From Paraspadella gotoi (lineage: Eukaryota > Animalia > Chaetognatha): 34,973 bases of DNA. The notes beneath the pieces were generated by a model that did not search any database, was not told the DNA's origin, and saw only the letters and a program-made list of their open reading frames with translations. This document shows, piece after piece, positions 1-10,050 of this stretch (the stretch's first letter is position 1; every line of letters starts with the position of its first letter). The translations under genes were made by a program, and so were the position numbers. The DNA lies in contig CM119265.1 in NCBI GenBank assembly GCA_051294375.1, positions 25,119,866-25,154,838 of the forward strand. The letters are read 5' to 3'.

Positions 1-620
1 ATGGGGGAGGGAGGTGTGGGGAGAAAAGGGATCGTGATGAAATGTGAGGCCACTCGTCAGTGTTGGGAACGGGTAGCGTGGGTAAAAGGGATTGTGGTGG
101 AGCGCGAGAAGGAATGTGTGGAGGGAAAAGAAGTGTGGGGAAAGAGACTATGTGATAATGCGATATGGATGGATTTTTTTCGATATTTTAAGGATAGTAC
201 TAGTAGCCTACTAATAGCCTACTGCGAAAATTAAAAAAAACCTAAAATTTTTTTTTTTACAAATTAATGTTCACTGATGGTATGTTGTTCACAATTGACT
301 TTTAGAATTTTCGTACATAACTTTCACTAAGTTCTAATGAGAAGGGAAGGAAATGGAAAATGGGAGGTGTGGTGCTAAAAAAAAACTGAATAAAAAGTGA
401 AACAAAAAAATAGAGAGACGGAGATGATGCATCGCAGCGACTTTTCCCCATGATCACGTAACTAAACTAGTATAGAACATATATATATATATATATATTT
501 ACAACCGGCATTTAATGATTTTTAATGATTTATTTGTAAAAAAAATGGACGGAAGTAAAAATTATTGAGATTAAATATGTCACCGTAAAACGAAACGGAG
601 GAAATTAAAACCGAAATAAA

Positions 621-697
621 TATCATATCATATCATCATCATCATCATATCATATCATATCATATCATATCATATCATATCATATCATATCATATCA
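621..697. repeat. (CATAT)n microsatellite with short (CAT)n interruption
   Basis: Direct reading. Confidence 0.95.
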
Positions 698-749
698 AAC
701 CGTCGAAGATGGAATCAGAACCAGAAACGGAATCGAATCCGCGACTCTG

Positions 750-885
750 ATTGGATGAATCAACATCGGAATGGACCAATGAGAAGATGGGCTTCGTGCC
801 ATCGGGAAAACGAGCCCGTGTCGATGATCCGATTGACTTGTATAAATGCTGATCACTTTTGTATTGATTCCATCTGTCTCAGATT
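750..885 (+). promoter_or_regulatory. Pol II promoter-like cluster (inverted CCAAT, CCAAT, TATA)
   Basis: ATTGG at 750-754, CCAAT at 776-780, TATAAAT at 841-847, and pyrimidine-rich Inr-like sequence about 30 nt downstream. No linked CDS identified. Confidence 0.35.
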
Positions 886-1082
886 CTCACACCGCTTTTG
901 CTTGTCTTATTTCTGAGAATAAAATCCACTTTGGTTTCATGTTGAAATCTCTGGCGACTGACTTAAATAATATCCTGCTGATCTTAAATTGCGCGTGAGC
1001 TCAATCACTCATCCTTTCGATCACCCGAAGCTAATCACTCTCTGTATCACCCGCCGCGACTGAACGGTAGCTCNNNNNNNNN

Positions 1083-1302
1083 NGACGACGACGACGACGA
1101 CAACGACGACGAAGACACCGTTGATGATGATGACGCAGATGATGACGACGATGACGAAAACGATGACAATGACGACAAGGAGGACAACAATAATGGCGAC
1201 GATGCCGATGAAGACGACGACGTGTACAATAACGAAGATGACGAGTATAAAGACGACGATGACAACGAAGATGACGATATAACTACGATTACTACGTTGC
1301 CG

Positions 1303-1342
<40 letters not shown>

Positions 1343-1350
1343 CGGCGACG
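1083..1350. repeat. Degenerate (GAC)n tract
   Basis: GAC/GAT/AAC triplets ending in pure (GAC)n. Confidence 0.9.
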
Positions 1351-1804
1351 AAGATTACAGCAATTCCTCGGCGACTTGGCGAAGAATAATGAGTTATGGT
1401 TCAAAGGAAAATTGATTCGTACGTGTGGATAGATAATCGTCATGCCCGTGCGAGTCGTACCAAAGTTAGGACGGAAGTAGTACTAAACCATATTATTTTT
1501 TTACTATACACGATATATAAGCTATAAAAATTGCAAATTATTGCCTATCATAAGTTTATAAATAGAAATAAAGATGCAGATAGTCTTAGTGTTTTATTTA
1601 CAAGGCACGACAACCACAACTATACGGAGAATGCGATAAGAAAAAAAAAGCATCGACAAAACAACAAAACCAGAAAAAAAAGAAAAAGAAAAGGAAAAAA
1701 AGGAAAAAGAAAATCTTCAAGATTTCCATTTATTTACTGCCTCATCTTCCAGGAGACCTTGAGAAGCCGTTGAGAAGCCGTATGGAATAACGCATTCGGC
1801 ACAC

Positions 1805-1914
<110 letters not shown>

Positions 1915-2859
1915 CCAAAATAAAACAGTGTGTCCAGGATGTCCGGGTAACTGAACACGTAATTTTTTTTCTAGACTTTTCGACTAATATCTACTTGGCG
2001 CTTTTCTTCTAATATCAATTTAAATTAATAAAGTCTTCCATTCTTTACAATCATATACAAACGAGTTTGAACAAACAATGCCAGATTTGCTTGCTATATT
2101 TAGCTAATCAGTTAATCAGATGATAAGCAATTTAGAAATGAGTTTCGGGTGGACTTTTCTCCATTTGAAAAAAATATTAACTAAAATCTATTTCCTAATA
2201 AACTATCAACGAGGAAAAATATTAATTAAAAATATTAATTAAAATCTATTTCCTAATAAACTTTATTAAACTATAACTATAACTATAATTGCAAAAAAAA
2301 TATAAATAATTTTACTGACATAAAAATGTCATTCCTTCACTCGAATTCTTTGATATCATTGTAATTTTATCACAATGAAATTATTACAATGATATTACTG
2401 AAAAAAACTTAATATTTTCATTTGATGCCGAATTTTTCTTACTAAAAATTCCAACCTCCACTCTTGGCTGACCTCCTCCACCAATCAGAGTCGAGTGATT
2501 CCGAGAAGATATTTTTAATTTTTAAATTTTTACACGCGAAGTCATCGAGGAAACGTGACGCTTTCAAAACCTGTGGAGTGGTCGGACGGACATACATACA
2601 GAGTGACAGACAGACAGACAGAAAGTCACACTAACGCACGGAAATACTTTCTTCGCATAATTTATCATAACTTAAGTGTATATCCGACAAGATTTTTTTT
2701 TTTTTTGTGACGGACAAAGTAGATTGTAGAGTCGGGATCTTCTGATAAGCAGATCCGACTCAAAATTCCAAAATTCAGTAATTCTGACCGAGCTTAAAAA
2801 CGAAGCTTAAAGATAGTTTGTTTCGATTAAATTCTGAACCAGATAGAACTTTTTAAAAA

Positions 2860-2907
2860 ATGTTTATTCTTCTGTTGATGACGACAATCAGCGTTTCTAC
2901 CAGTCTG
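2860..2907 (+). CDS. Exon 1 (signal peptide) of a 4-exon, 279-aa type I membrane protein with a three-finger/Ly6-uPAR-like ectodomain
   Basis: AAAATG start; encodes MFILLLMTTISVSTSL. GT donor at 2908, phase 0. An 85-nt intron ends ctttcatatcAG at 2992. Splicing creates the mature N-terminus LKCY typical of LU domains. Confidence 0.8.
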
Positions 2908-2992
2908 GTAAAAGAAATTATATATCAGCATGGTCTGCAGGTTAATCGATGATATTGAAATGAAAATCTAAGATTCGTTCCTTTCATATCAG

Positions 2993-3135
2993 AAATGTTA
3001 CGAAGGTACGAGTCAAAATTTGGATTTCATGGAGTTGGACTTTTGCGAGACTTGTTTCATTATTTCCGTTTATCCCGCTGGATTCCCGCCATACCACGAG
3101 ATGAGCTGCGAAAAAAGTAGACTGACTAATGAACA
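2993..3135 (+). CDS. Exon 2: N-terminal part of the LU/three-finger-like domain
   Basis: Encodes KCYEGTSQNLDFMELDFCETCFIISVYPAGFPPYHEMSCEKSRLTNE(Q) with no stops. Strong donor CA|GTGAGT at 3136, phase 2, compatible with exon 3. Confidence 0.85.
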
Positions 3136-3276
3136 GTGAGTAGGGTTAAAATTTAGTTTCTGTTTAAATGTTGGTCTACTGTTTAAAATAACAATTCATT
3201 AACTCTTAATATTTTCTAAGGTGAAAGAGACAGTGATATTTGATAAGTGTTAATGACAGAACCGGTTCAACTATAA

Positions 3277-3353
3277 GGCAGTCCCTGAGCTTCGGATCAG
3301 GCTGTAACACCATGTTACAGGCGGCGTTAAGCGCCCCGTCCCTCTTAACTGCC
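3277..3353 (-). ncRNA. Twister-ribozyme-like motif, P5-type permutation (family A, 3' LTR)
   Basis: Minus: GGCAGU UAA GAGG GA CGG GGCGCU UAA CGCC GC C UGUAAC AUGGU GUUACA G CCUGA U CCG AA GC UCAGG G ACUGCC. P5, P3, P4, T1 (CCG/CGG) and T2 (GC/GC) all pair, and the conserved UAA, GA and AAGC are present. P1 is minimal and P2 imperfect. Predicted cut between 3329 and 3328. Confidence 0.72.
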
Positions 3354-3355
3354 AG

Positions 3356-3427
3356 ACGACCACCGGGCTAGAACCCCGGACCTTTGGGTTGGGAGGCGAA
3401 TGTCTTGCCTCCGGCACCAATGGCCGC
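3356..3427 (-). other. tRNA-derived (Gly-like) Pol III A/B-box module inside the LTR, not a functional tRNA; second copy at 3781-3849
   Basis: 72 nt long. Acceptor-like stem GCGGCCA/UGGUCGU, A-box-like TGGTGCCGGAGG, TCGCCTCCCA as in tRNA-Gly(CCC), and T-arm CCGGG-GTTCTAG-CCCGG. The anticodon stem does not pair. Confidence 0.65.
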
Positions 3428-3462
3428 TGATGAACGATTGGTGGATTTTAGTCCACCATACA

Positions 3463-3474
3463 TCCCCCCCTCCC
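3463..3474 (-). promoter_or_regulatory. Polypurine tract
   Basis: Minus strand GGGAGGGGGGGA immediately precedes the TGTATGG start of the 3' LTR. Confidence 0.8.
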
Positions 3475-3635
3475 ATAGGGAGAAGTCTTGTTGCGTCTCT
3501 TCAGTGAATTGTTGTTGTTGGTGGAAAGTTCGTCACCAAGTTGAGGCATGTCGCCTGATGTGTTGTGTGCGGAAAGTGCATCGCCAGGTTGAGGCATGTC
3601 GCCTGAAAGTGTTGTTGTTGCTGTTGTGTTCGGAA

Positions 3636-3649
3636 GTCGGGGCTCACCA
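3636..3649 (-). promoter_or_regulatory. Primer-binding site complementary to the tRNA-Trp 3' end
   Basis: Minus strand reads TGGTGA(G)CCCCGAC, versus the tRNA-Trp PBS TGGTGACCCCGAC known from avian retroviruses. One inserted base. Confidence 0.8.
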
Positions 3650-3702
3650 ATGAAGAGACAGTAATTATTGATAAGTGTTAATGACAGAAACGTTCAATAT
3701 AA

Positions 3703-3778
3703 GCAGTCCCTGAGCTTCGGAATCAGGCTGTAACACCATGTTACAGGCGGGTTAAGCGCCCCGTCCCTCTTAACTGCC
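3703..3778 (-). ncRNA. Twister-ribozyme-like motif (family A, 5' LTR)
   Basis: Near-identical second copy with single-base indels. Predicted cut between 3754 and 3753. Confidence 0.68.
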
Positions 3779-3960
3779 AGACGACCACCGGGCTAGAACC
3801 CCGGACCTTTGGGTTGGGAGCGAATGTCTTGCCTCCGGCACAATGGCCGAACGTGAATGAACGATTGGTGGATTTTAGTCCACCATATAAGCCATTTTCC
3901 TTAACTTAGGACAAAATAAGCATCCAGCTATCAGTTTTACGATTGATCACACGTATCATT

Positions 3961-4263
3961 TGAAATTGGTAGAACCAATATAAAAATTATCCATTCATTT
4001 AATAAATAAGCTATCTTGCCCCTGACTTTGGACAGGCTTTGGTGGTTTAAGGCCTCCATCACTCTTACAATATAATGACATAGCAGGTCCCTGCAAGCGT
4101 TCAATCAAGACTCTCTCACAGTCTCGTTTATTCACTCCCAGAGTACCTGGCTTCCCTATCAATGAAGTGGTATACAATTTTAAAGAATGTTTCAATTATA
4201 AGGAAAGACCACTCCCTTAAGTATTTGATCGGGGAATACTATATTGTACTCCGCACTAGCATC
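3961..4263 (+). repeat. Unclassified dispersed repeat (~300 bp) in intron 2
   Basis: Reverse complement occurs at 32135-32456 and partially at 31921-32110. A more diverged relative lies near 25440-25520. Confidence 0.8.
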
Positions 4264-4929
4264 TTTTAAAAATTAGTATGATAATAAAAACAAGAACGGA
4301 GATTCCAATGTGTGTGGCGCCGAAAGGACCTTCTAATTACGTGTATTTTTGACATATACAGCATCGGAAAACGTCTTTTATTCTTGATATTCTTTAAAAA
4401 CAAAAGGTGTCGCTGACAGTCTCTTAGATTTGAGGTTTCTTCCCGCTCAGCAAAAATGACAAAAGAACAACCAAATAAATAGGGCAGTGAATTTTGGGTT
4501 AGATTTGTAGATTTGTAGGGTGATCACGTGACTTTAAAGTTTACAAGTATTATATATATGCACATTAAAGGTCTTACGGTGCCTTACCCTCTTACCAAAT
4601 ATGAACTTAATTGATAAAGCATTAAGCAAGTTATAAATATTTTTAACATAAGTGGACAGATCGATGGACAGACATACCAACCAACTATCTGACAGACCGA
4701 CCGAAAAGTGACTTATAAAGTTTAAATAGTAAGAGATATTTATTAGCTTTTGTTTAAATTTTTCAAACTGCTCCAACCATCCAATAACGAGTAATTGGGG
4801 ATTAATGCTCAGGTGGGACGGACAGACAGACGGACAGACGGACTCATGTTTAATTATCTATGTACCGTGCATTTTGTATAAATTACTTAATTAAAAGTCA
4901 TTCACAAACCATTTCATACATATATTTAG

Positions 4930-5126
4930 GCTCAAACAGAAGGAAAAGGATATTCACAAACTTAAAAAGGATTCCGGCGAGTCGTTCGCAATAAAACAGT
5001 GCACGAGCAATCTTTGCAACACACCGATCATGAACAAGAAGTCTGCCGGGCTGATGGTGGCCGTCGTTATTGTCGTCCTTCTAGATGTTCTCATCATCAT
5101 CGCAGTCATCGTATTAATATTTCTTG
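4930..5126 (+). CDS. Exon 3: C-terminal CxxxxCN motif plus transmembrane helix
   Basis: Acceptor tttAG at 4929. Encodes LKQKEKDIHKLKKDSGESFAIKQCTSNLCNTPIMNKKSAGLMVAVVIVVLLDVLIIIAVIVLIFL. Donor G|GTAAAC at 5127, phase 1. Confidence 0.88.
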
Positions 5127-6101
5127 GTAAACACTTTCTTATTATTTTTAATGAAATAGTAATATGTTAATCGGTATATACTATATGGTATTTTTAAACT
5201 TAGATCTAAACTTCTGACTAACCTTAGCGATAGAACTAGTTGATTTAGTAAATAGCGAAAAAGGCGTATTCTAACAATTATTAACTTTCTAAGGCGTTGT
5301 TTTTCATTTTGTTCAATTTTTTTTTCCGAAAAAATGAAGAGAAAGAAAAATATTAAAAAATGAACGTTAAAAAATAAAATTTAAAAGTTAAAAAAAAAAA
5401 CAAAAAAAAAAACAAAAACTAAACCTTAAAACATAAGCTTAGGAGCCGACGTCGTTCTTAGAGATCGAGGTGGAGATTTTCGTTCAAATCTGACGACCAC
5501 ATTTTTTTCTCTTGTCAAATCATCAACATCTTGATATCAAACAAGCCAGAACAAATAGACTGCTTCTGGACGAAAAAATTTTCTATCTCTGATTTTATAT
5601 AGAAATGAAAGGGATTTTTTTCCTAGAAAATGATATAAACATGACTGAGGTATGTTCCTGTTCAACAAATGAGGTCCAATTTTGGAATCCTTTGGCAAAG
5701 TGTCTGAAGGGCACTCAAAATTTTTCTTTACTTTATTTAGTTATTTTAATATAATACAATCATGGTAAAGTGAATTAGTCCATTTTGGTGAAATTTTTAT
5801 TTAAAGTAAAAGTAAAAGAGGAGCTGACGATCGAAATTCTAAGAGTTTTCAACCGGGAGTCAGATTCGGGAAAAATCTTCTATGGCAAAAATCTTCCAAA
5901 AAAGGGGTGGATTTTCCGAAGATTTTGGTTAATATTTTGTATATTTATGGTCGGATTTTTTTAAAACTTAATATTAACAATATTGCCATCATTCTACCTT
6001 GGCCGGTATAAGAATATATTAAAAAAAACCTCTGGCTTTGTTCGTCAGAGCTTAGTCCTAATAAGCTAGAAAGGTCAGGCTCTCTTTTCTTCTCCTTCAA
6101 G

Positions 6102-6553
6102 GCAAAATAACGGCTGACTTTAGCAAGAAAGAAGAAGGCGGTGAGGATAATGCCAACGCAAACGCCAGTAAGAACTTTTTCTCCAAGACTGAGAAGCTGA
6201 GGTGGAAGCTGCCGACAAAACCAACTCAGAGTTCTTTGAATCAAAACAAGAACGGGATTGAGGGGAAACCAAAGCCCGCCGTTGCTGAGGAGTCGAAAGA
6301 ACGCACCCCGATGACGGCAAATGTTCCTTATGGGGGAAATGATTCTAGGATGGGACAAGGCCCTTTGACCGGACAAGTCCCAATTGCGGGACATGATCCT
6401 AGAATGGAACAAGGCCCTTTGACCGGACATGGCCCGATAGGCGGACTTGAACCGAGGATGGGACAAGGCCCTTTGACCAGACACGGCCCGATGATGGAAC
6501 ACAGCCCAGCGAACCAGGGCAAGGCCGTAGAGGAAGCGGAGGGTCAGCCATAA
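6102..6553 (+). CDS. Exon 4: cytoplasmic tail with three 18-aa repeats; TAA stop
   Basis: Polypyrimidine tract 6080-6098 and AG at 6100-6101. The phase-1 join gives G-KITADFSKKEEGG..., in frame with ORF 6236..6553. 54-nt repeat starts at 6350, 6404 and 6458 (RMGQGPLTG/RMEQGPLTG/RMGQGPLTR). Confidence 0.85.
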
Positions 6554-6978
6554 ATGGATTGTGAAGCGAGTTCGAGAGTTAAGAAAAAAAATAAGAAGTC
6601 CTGGAAATTTTTTTTTTTTTTTTTGAAATCGCTTTGGCCCACGATGAAAGATCAACTCGAACATCATTCAATTGCTCCATTCAAACTAATTTACTTAATG
6701 TTATAGTTTTCATTTGATTACAATATTTTCATTGTGCCTTAAATTGTGAATATTTTGTATTACATGAGGATATGATTTTCGTGCGGGTAGAAATGTGAGT
6801 GAAAATCGTTTTTAGTGAAAATGAGGGTCACTTTTACAATTTTATTAAAAAAATTGTTTTAATGTTCATCCAAGTCGTTTTGATATCCTTCTATGGAGAA
6901 GGGGCTAAGTGTGCTGAAGAGGGGGAGATGGAGATGAGGGGAGAGGGAGGAAGGGAGGAGGAGGAGAGGGAGGAGGAG

Positions 6979-7074
<96 letters not shown>

Positions 7075-8275
7075 AAGAAAACGAACCGGAAAAAAAAAGT
7101 GGAATGCCCAGTGAAGTGAATCCCTTGAAGACAGATTGTCGTCGGTGAAGGTGAAAAGAAGCGGATTATTCACAAATCAGTTTTCACAAATCTCCGCTTC
7201 TTTGGCCTTTCACTTTGGGGAATTTTCTTCTTTTTTTTTGAGAGAGAGAGAAAAAAATCTTTCTTCCTTAGGAAAATCTTTCGTTGACAGACAGAGACGG
7301 ATGTACAGACGGACGGACGGACTGACAGAAAAATAAAGTTGAATTGAATCGTTGGAGGAACCACGAATTTGTGAGAGACTGAGGGACAAGAGTGAAAGAG
7401 ACGTCAAAGTCTGTGACAGATCGATTCACATCACAACTTTGATGACAGCAAACAACGCCGGATCTGCGCGCGGGCATTTAGCGATAAGGAACGAATCAGA
7501 TAATAAGTTATGGTTAATATTCCAATTTCTTTTTTATTTATTACAATTTTTATATTTCAACCTTTTTTGTGGTAGTTGTTTTAATTCTGGTGATAATACA
7601 GATAATACAGGACGGACGGACAGACTGACATACAGACGGAAATCATTTTTTTGGCGTAATTTAGTAGAATTTGATATAACTAATTTGACATAATCTAAGT
7701 GATTTACCGACAAGATTTTTGGAGTGGGACCGACTGACCGACAAAGCGAATAATGGAGTCGGAGACGGAGTCTGCTGTAAACAGATTCGGCAGAAAACCA
7801 ATTCGAAAATTTGGATTGTGGAAAGTCGAAAGTGAAAGATTTCTTTCTTTCTTTCTTTCTTCTTTCTTTCTTTCTTTCTTTCTTTCTTCTTTCTTTCTTT
7901 CTTTTCTTTCTTTGTTTTTTCTTTCTTGTCTTTCTTTTCTCTCTCCTCTCTCTCTCTCTCTCTCATTAAAATTCGATCTCCCTTAAACGTCGAAACGGGG
8001 AAGAAATGTGTCAGGGCGAGACGAAGCGCGAAGTGGTAAGGGTTCGAGCTGACGAGGTAAGTCACGCCGAGAATCTCGTCAAGAGGAGAGAAAAGGTGAG
8101 TTAAAGAGAGAGAGTAAAAAGTTTTAGTGTTCACTTTTTAAGATCACTCTCAAAAATGTATTTGTAAAATTTGACAAAGGGGAGATGAGACAGATTAAAG
8201 AAAAATATGTTAATAATAATATTTTGTTTTCATTTTGATTTTCACTTCATTTTTTATTCTGACTTGACAGCTATT

Positions 8276-8354
8276 CTTTCTATTCTATTCTATTCTATTA
8301 TATTCTATTATATTCTTTTCTTTTCTTTTCTTTACGTTTCTTTCTTTTTTTAGT

Positions 8355-8413
<59 letters not shown>

Positions 8414-8415
8414 TT

Positions 8416-8471
<56 letters not shown>

Positions 8472-8502
8472 TTTTATCTATCTTTTTTTCTTTCTTTCTT
8501 TC
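8276..8502. repeat. Compound (TATTC)n/(TTTA)n/(TTTC)n microsatellite; another (TTTC)n at ~7840-7965
   Basis: Direct reading. Confidence 0.9.
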
Positions 8503-9591
8503 CCGAAACGATCCACGTCCCCCATAAACGTGCCAGTAAAACCGGAGACTCGCAAACATAAACAGAATCAATTGGCGAATATTTTCTCGGAATTTCTCTC
8601 ACGTCGCCCCCCCCCCACGGAAAAAAAAGGTAAAAAAGAGTAAAAAGAAGAGAGTCGTGCTAAAAATAGAACAAGTTACTCGGTGCATAAAAAAAGTAAA
8701 GAAAGTTGCTCTGGGCTTTCAAAGAGAACAAAATTCTGCTGCTTTATTTTAAAATACGTTAAAACTAAATGTTGTATTAATTTATTTGGTTTTAATCAAA
8801 AAGACTTAGCGCAGGAAATGAGTTAAAGCTCGGGTAAAAAAAAACTAATCCTCAGTCTTTGCGAGACTTTGTCTCATTAAAAAAGAATTAAATAAAAAAT
8901 CAAAACAAAGAAAACAAAAAAAAGCTGAAATCAGGTCGGGTAAACTAGAGTCGAGTTTCAAGAATAACAAATGAGAACAAATTCCCATTAAATTTAAAAG
9001 GAAAACACAGAAAAAAAAATAATAAAAAAAAGAGAGAGAAAATTCCATTAGGACCGAAAGAAAAATTCCATTAAAAACGTCCTTGAGATGAAGCGGCGCC
9101 GGGCGTCGTCCGTGACACCCTTAGGGCTCTCGGGCTTCTGCAGACCCGGAGATTATTCCACTACGACCGTCAGCAGCCTTTGTGTGAGAGCAACCATCTG
9201 CTTTTCTGTTGCAATTGTCAAGGATTCTCGATCGACGCTGATGAATCTTGACCGAAAATACGTAGTGTAAAAATACAAATAAAAAAAATAAATGAGATAA
9301 TAAGTCAAATAATAAACAATTTATATCTTTCTTTTTTTAAATATATATTTTTAATTCTCACGCGATAATTTTTGAGACGAAATACAACTTTTTTTTTTTT
9401 AGTAAGAACGAGTTTAAGATAAAATTATGCTAATGATTTTGATTTGAATAAATATTCTACTCAACATTACAACCTTAAGTCGATATACAATTCCCAACTT
9501 TCTGCTGACGCTCTCTGGCAGACGAGAGCAAAAACTGTTAATCTTGTAAAACTTTAGTTGTTTCCTTTCGACCTTCTTTTTAAAGACATTA

Positions 9592-9695
<104 letters not shown>

Positions 9696-9917
9696 CTTTT
9701 TCAAGGGCGGCGCATCCTTTAGAAAGAAGAAGCACCTTTTTCCCCCTTTTTTTTTATTCTGAGGAAGAAAAGGGGAGAATTTATTTAAATTGTTTTCTTT
9801 CTTTATCTTATTATTCAATATTAGGTACATAAAAATATATATATTATAATCAGTTAATCAGACGTCAAAGTGACTCTTATTTAAGGTTGGCTCCCCGCTG
9901 CAATCCAAGCCTACATG

Positions 9918-10050
9918 GGAGAGCTTTGGAGAGCTTTGGAGAGGTTTGGAGAGGTCTGGAGAGGTCTGGAGAGGTCTGGAGTGGTCTGGAGCATATGGAT
10001 GATCTGGAGAGGTCTGGAGTGGTCTGGAGAGGTTTGGAGAGGTTTGGAGG
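9918..10050. repeat. 10-bp minisatellite (GGTCTGGAGA)n
   Basis: About 13 degenerate units. Confidence 0.92.

Larger units (their letters stand above)
3222..3889 (-). mobile_element. Family A non-autonomous LTR mini-element (TRIM/LTR-retrozyme-like), ~670 bp, antisense in intron 2
   Basis: Direct repeats 3222-3462 and 3651-3889 flank a 188-bp non-coding core. The minus-strand 3' LTR runs TG...CA. A PBS lies 1 nt after the 5' LTR and a PPT directly before the 3' LTR. Flanks TAAGG (3217-3221) and TAAGC (3888-3892) are a possible imperfect TSD. Confidence 0.85.

Noticed and set aside
3283-3301. Plus-strand cUUCGg hairpin as an independent RNA or terminator
   Set aside because: It is the reverse complement of twister P4 and its loop.
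3356-3427. Functional tRNA-Gly gene
   Set aside because: The anticodon stem is unpaired, the T-loop register is atypical, and it is embedded in an LTR.
3426-3460. CTGATGA as a hammerhead core
   Set aside because: No GAAA or stem II/III geometry follows, and the motif is not kept in the other LTR.
5945-6667. 240-aa minus-strand ORF
   Set aside because: Antisense shadow of exon 4 and its 54-nt repeats.
9918-10050. CRISPR-like array (also the 16-bp repeat)
   Set aside because: Head-to-tail units without unique spacers, in eukaryotic context with no cas genes.
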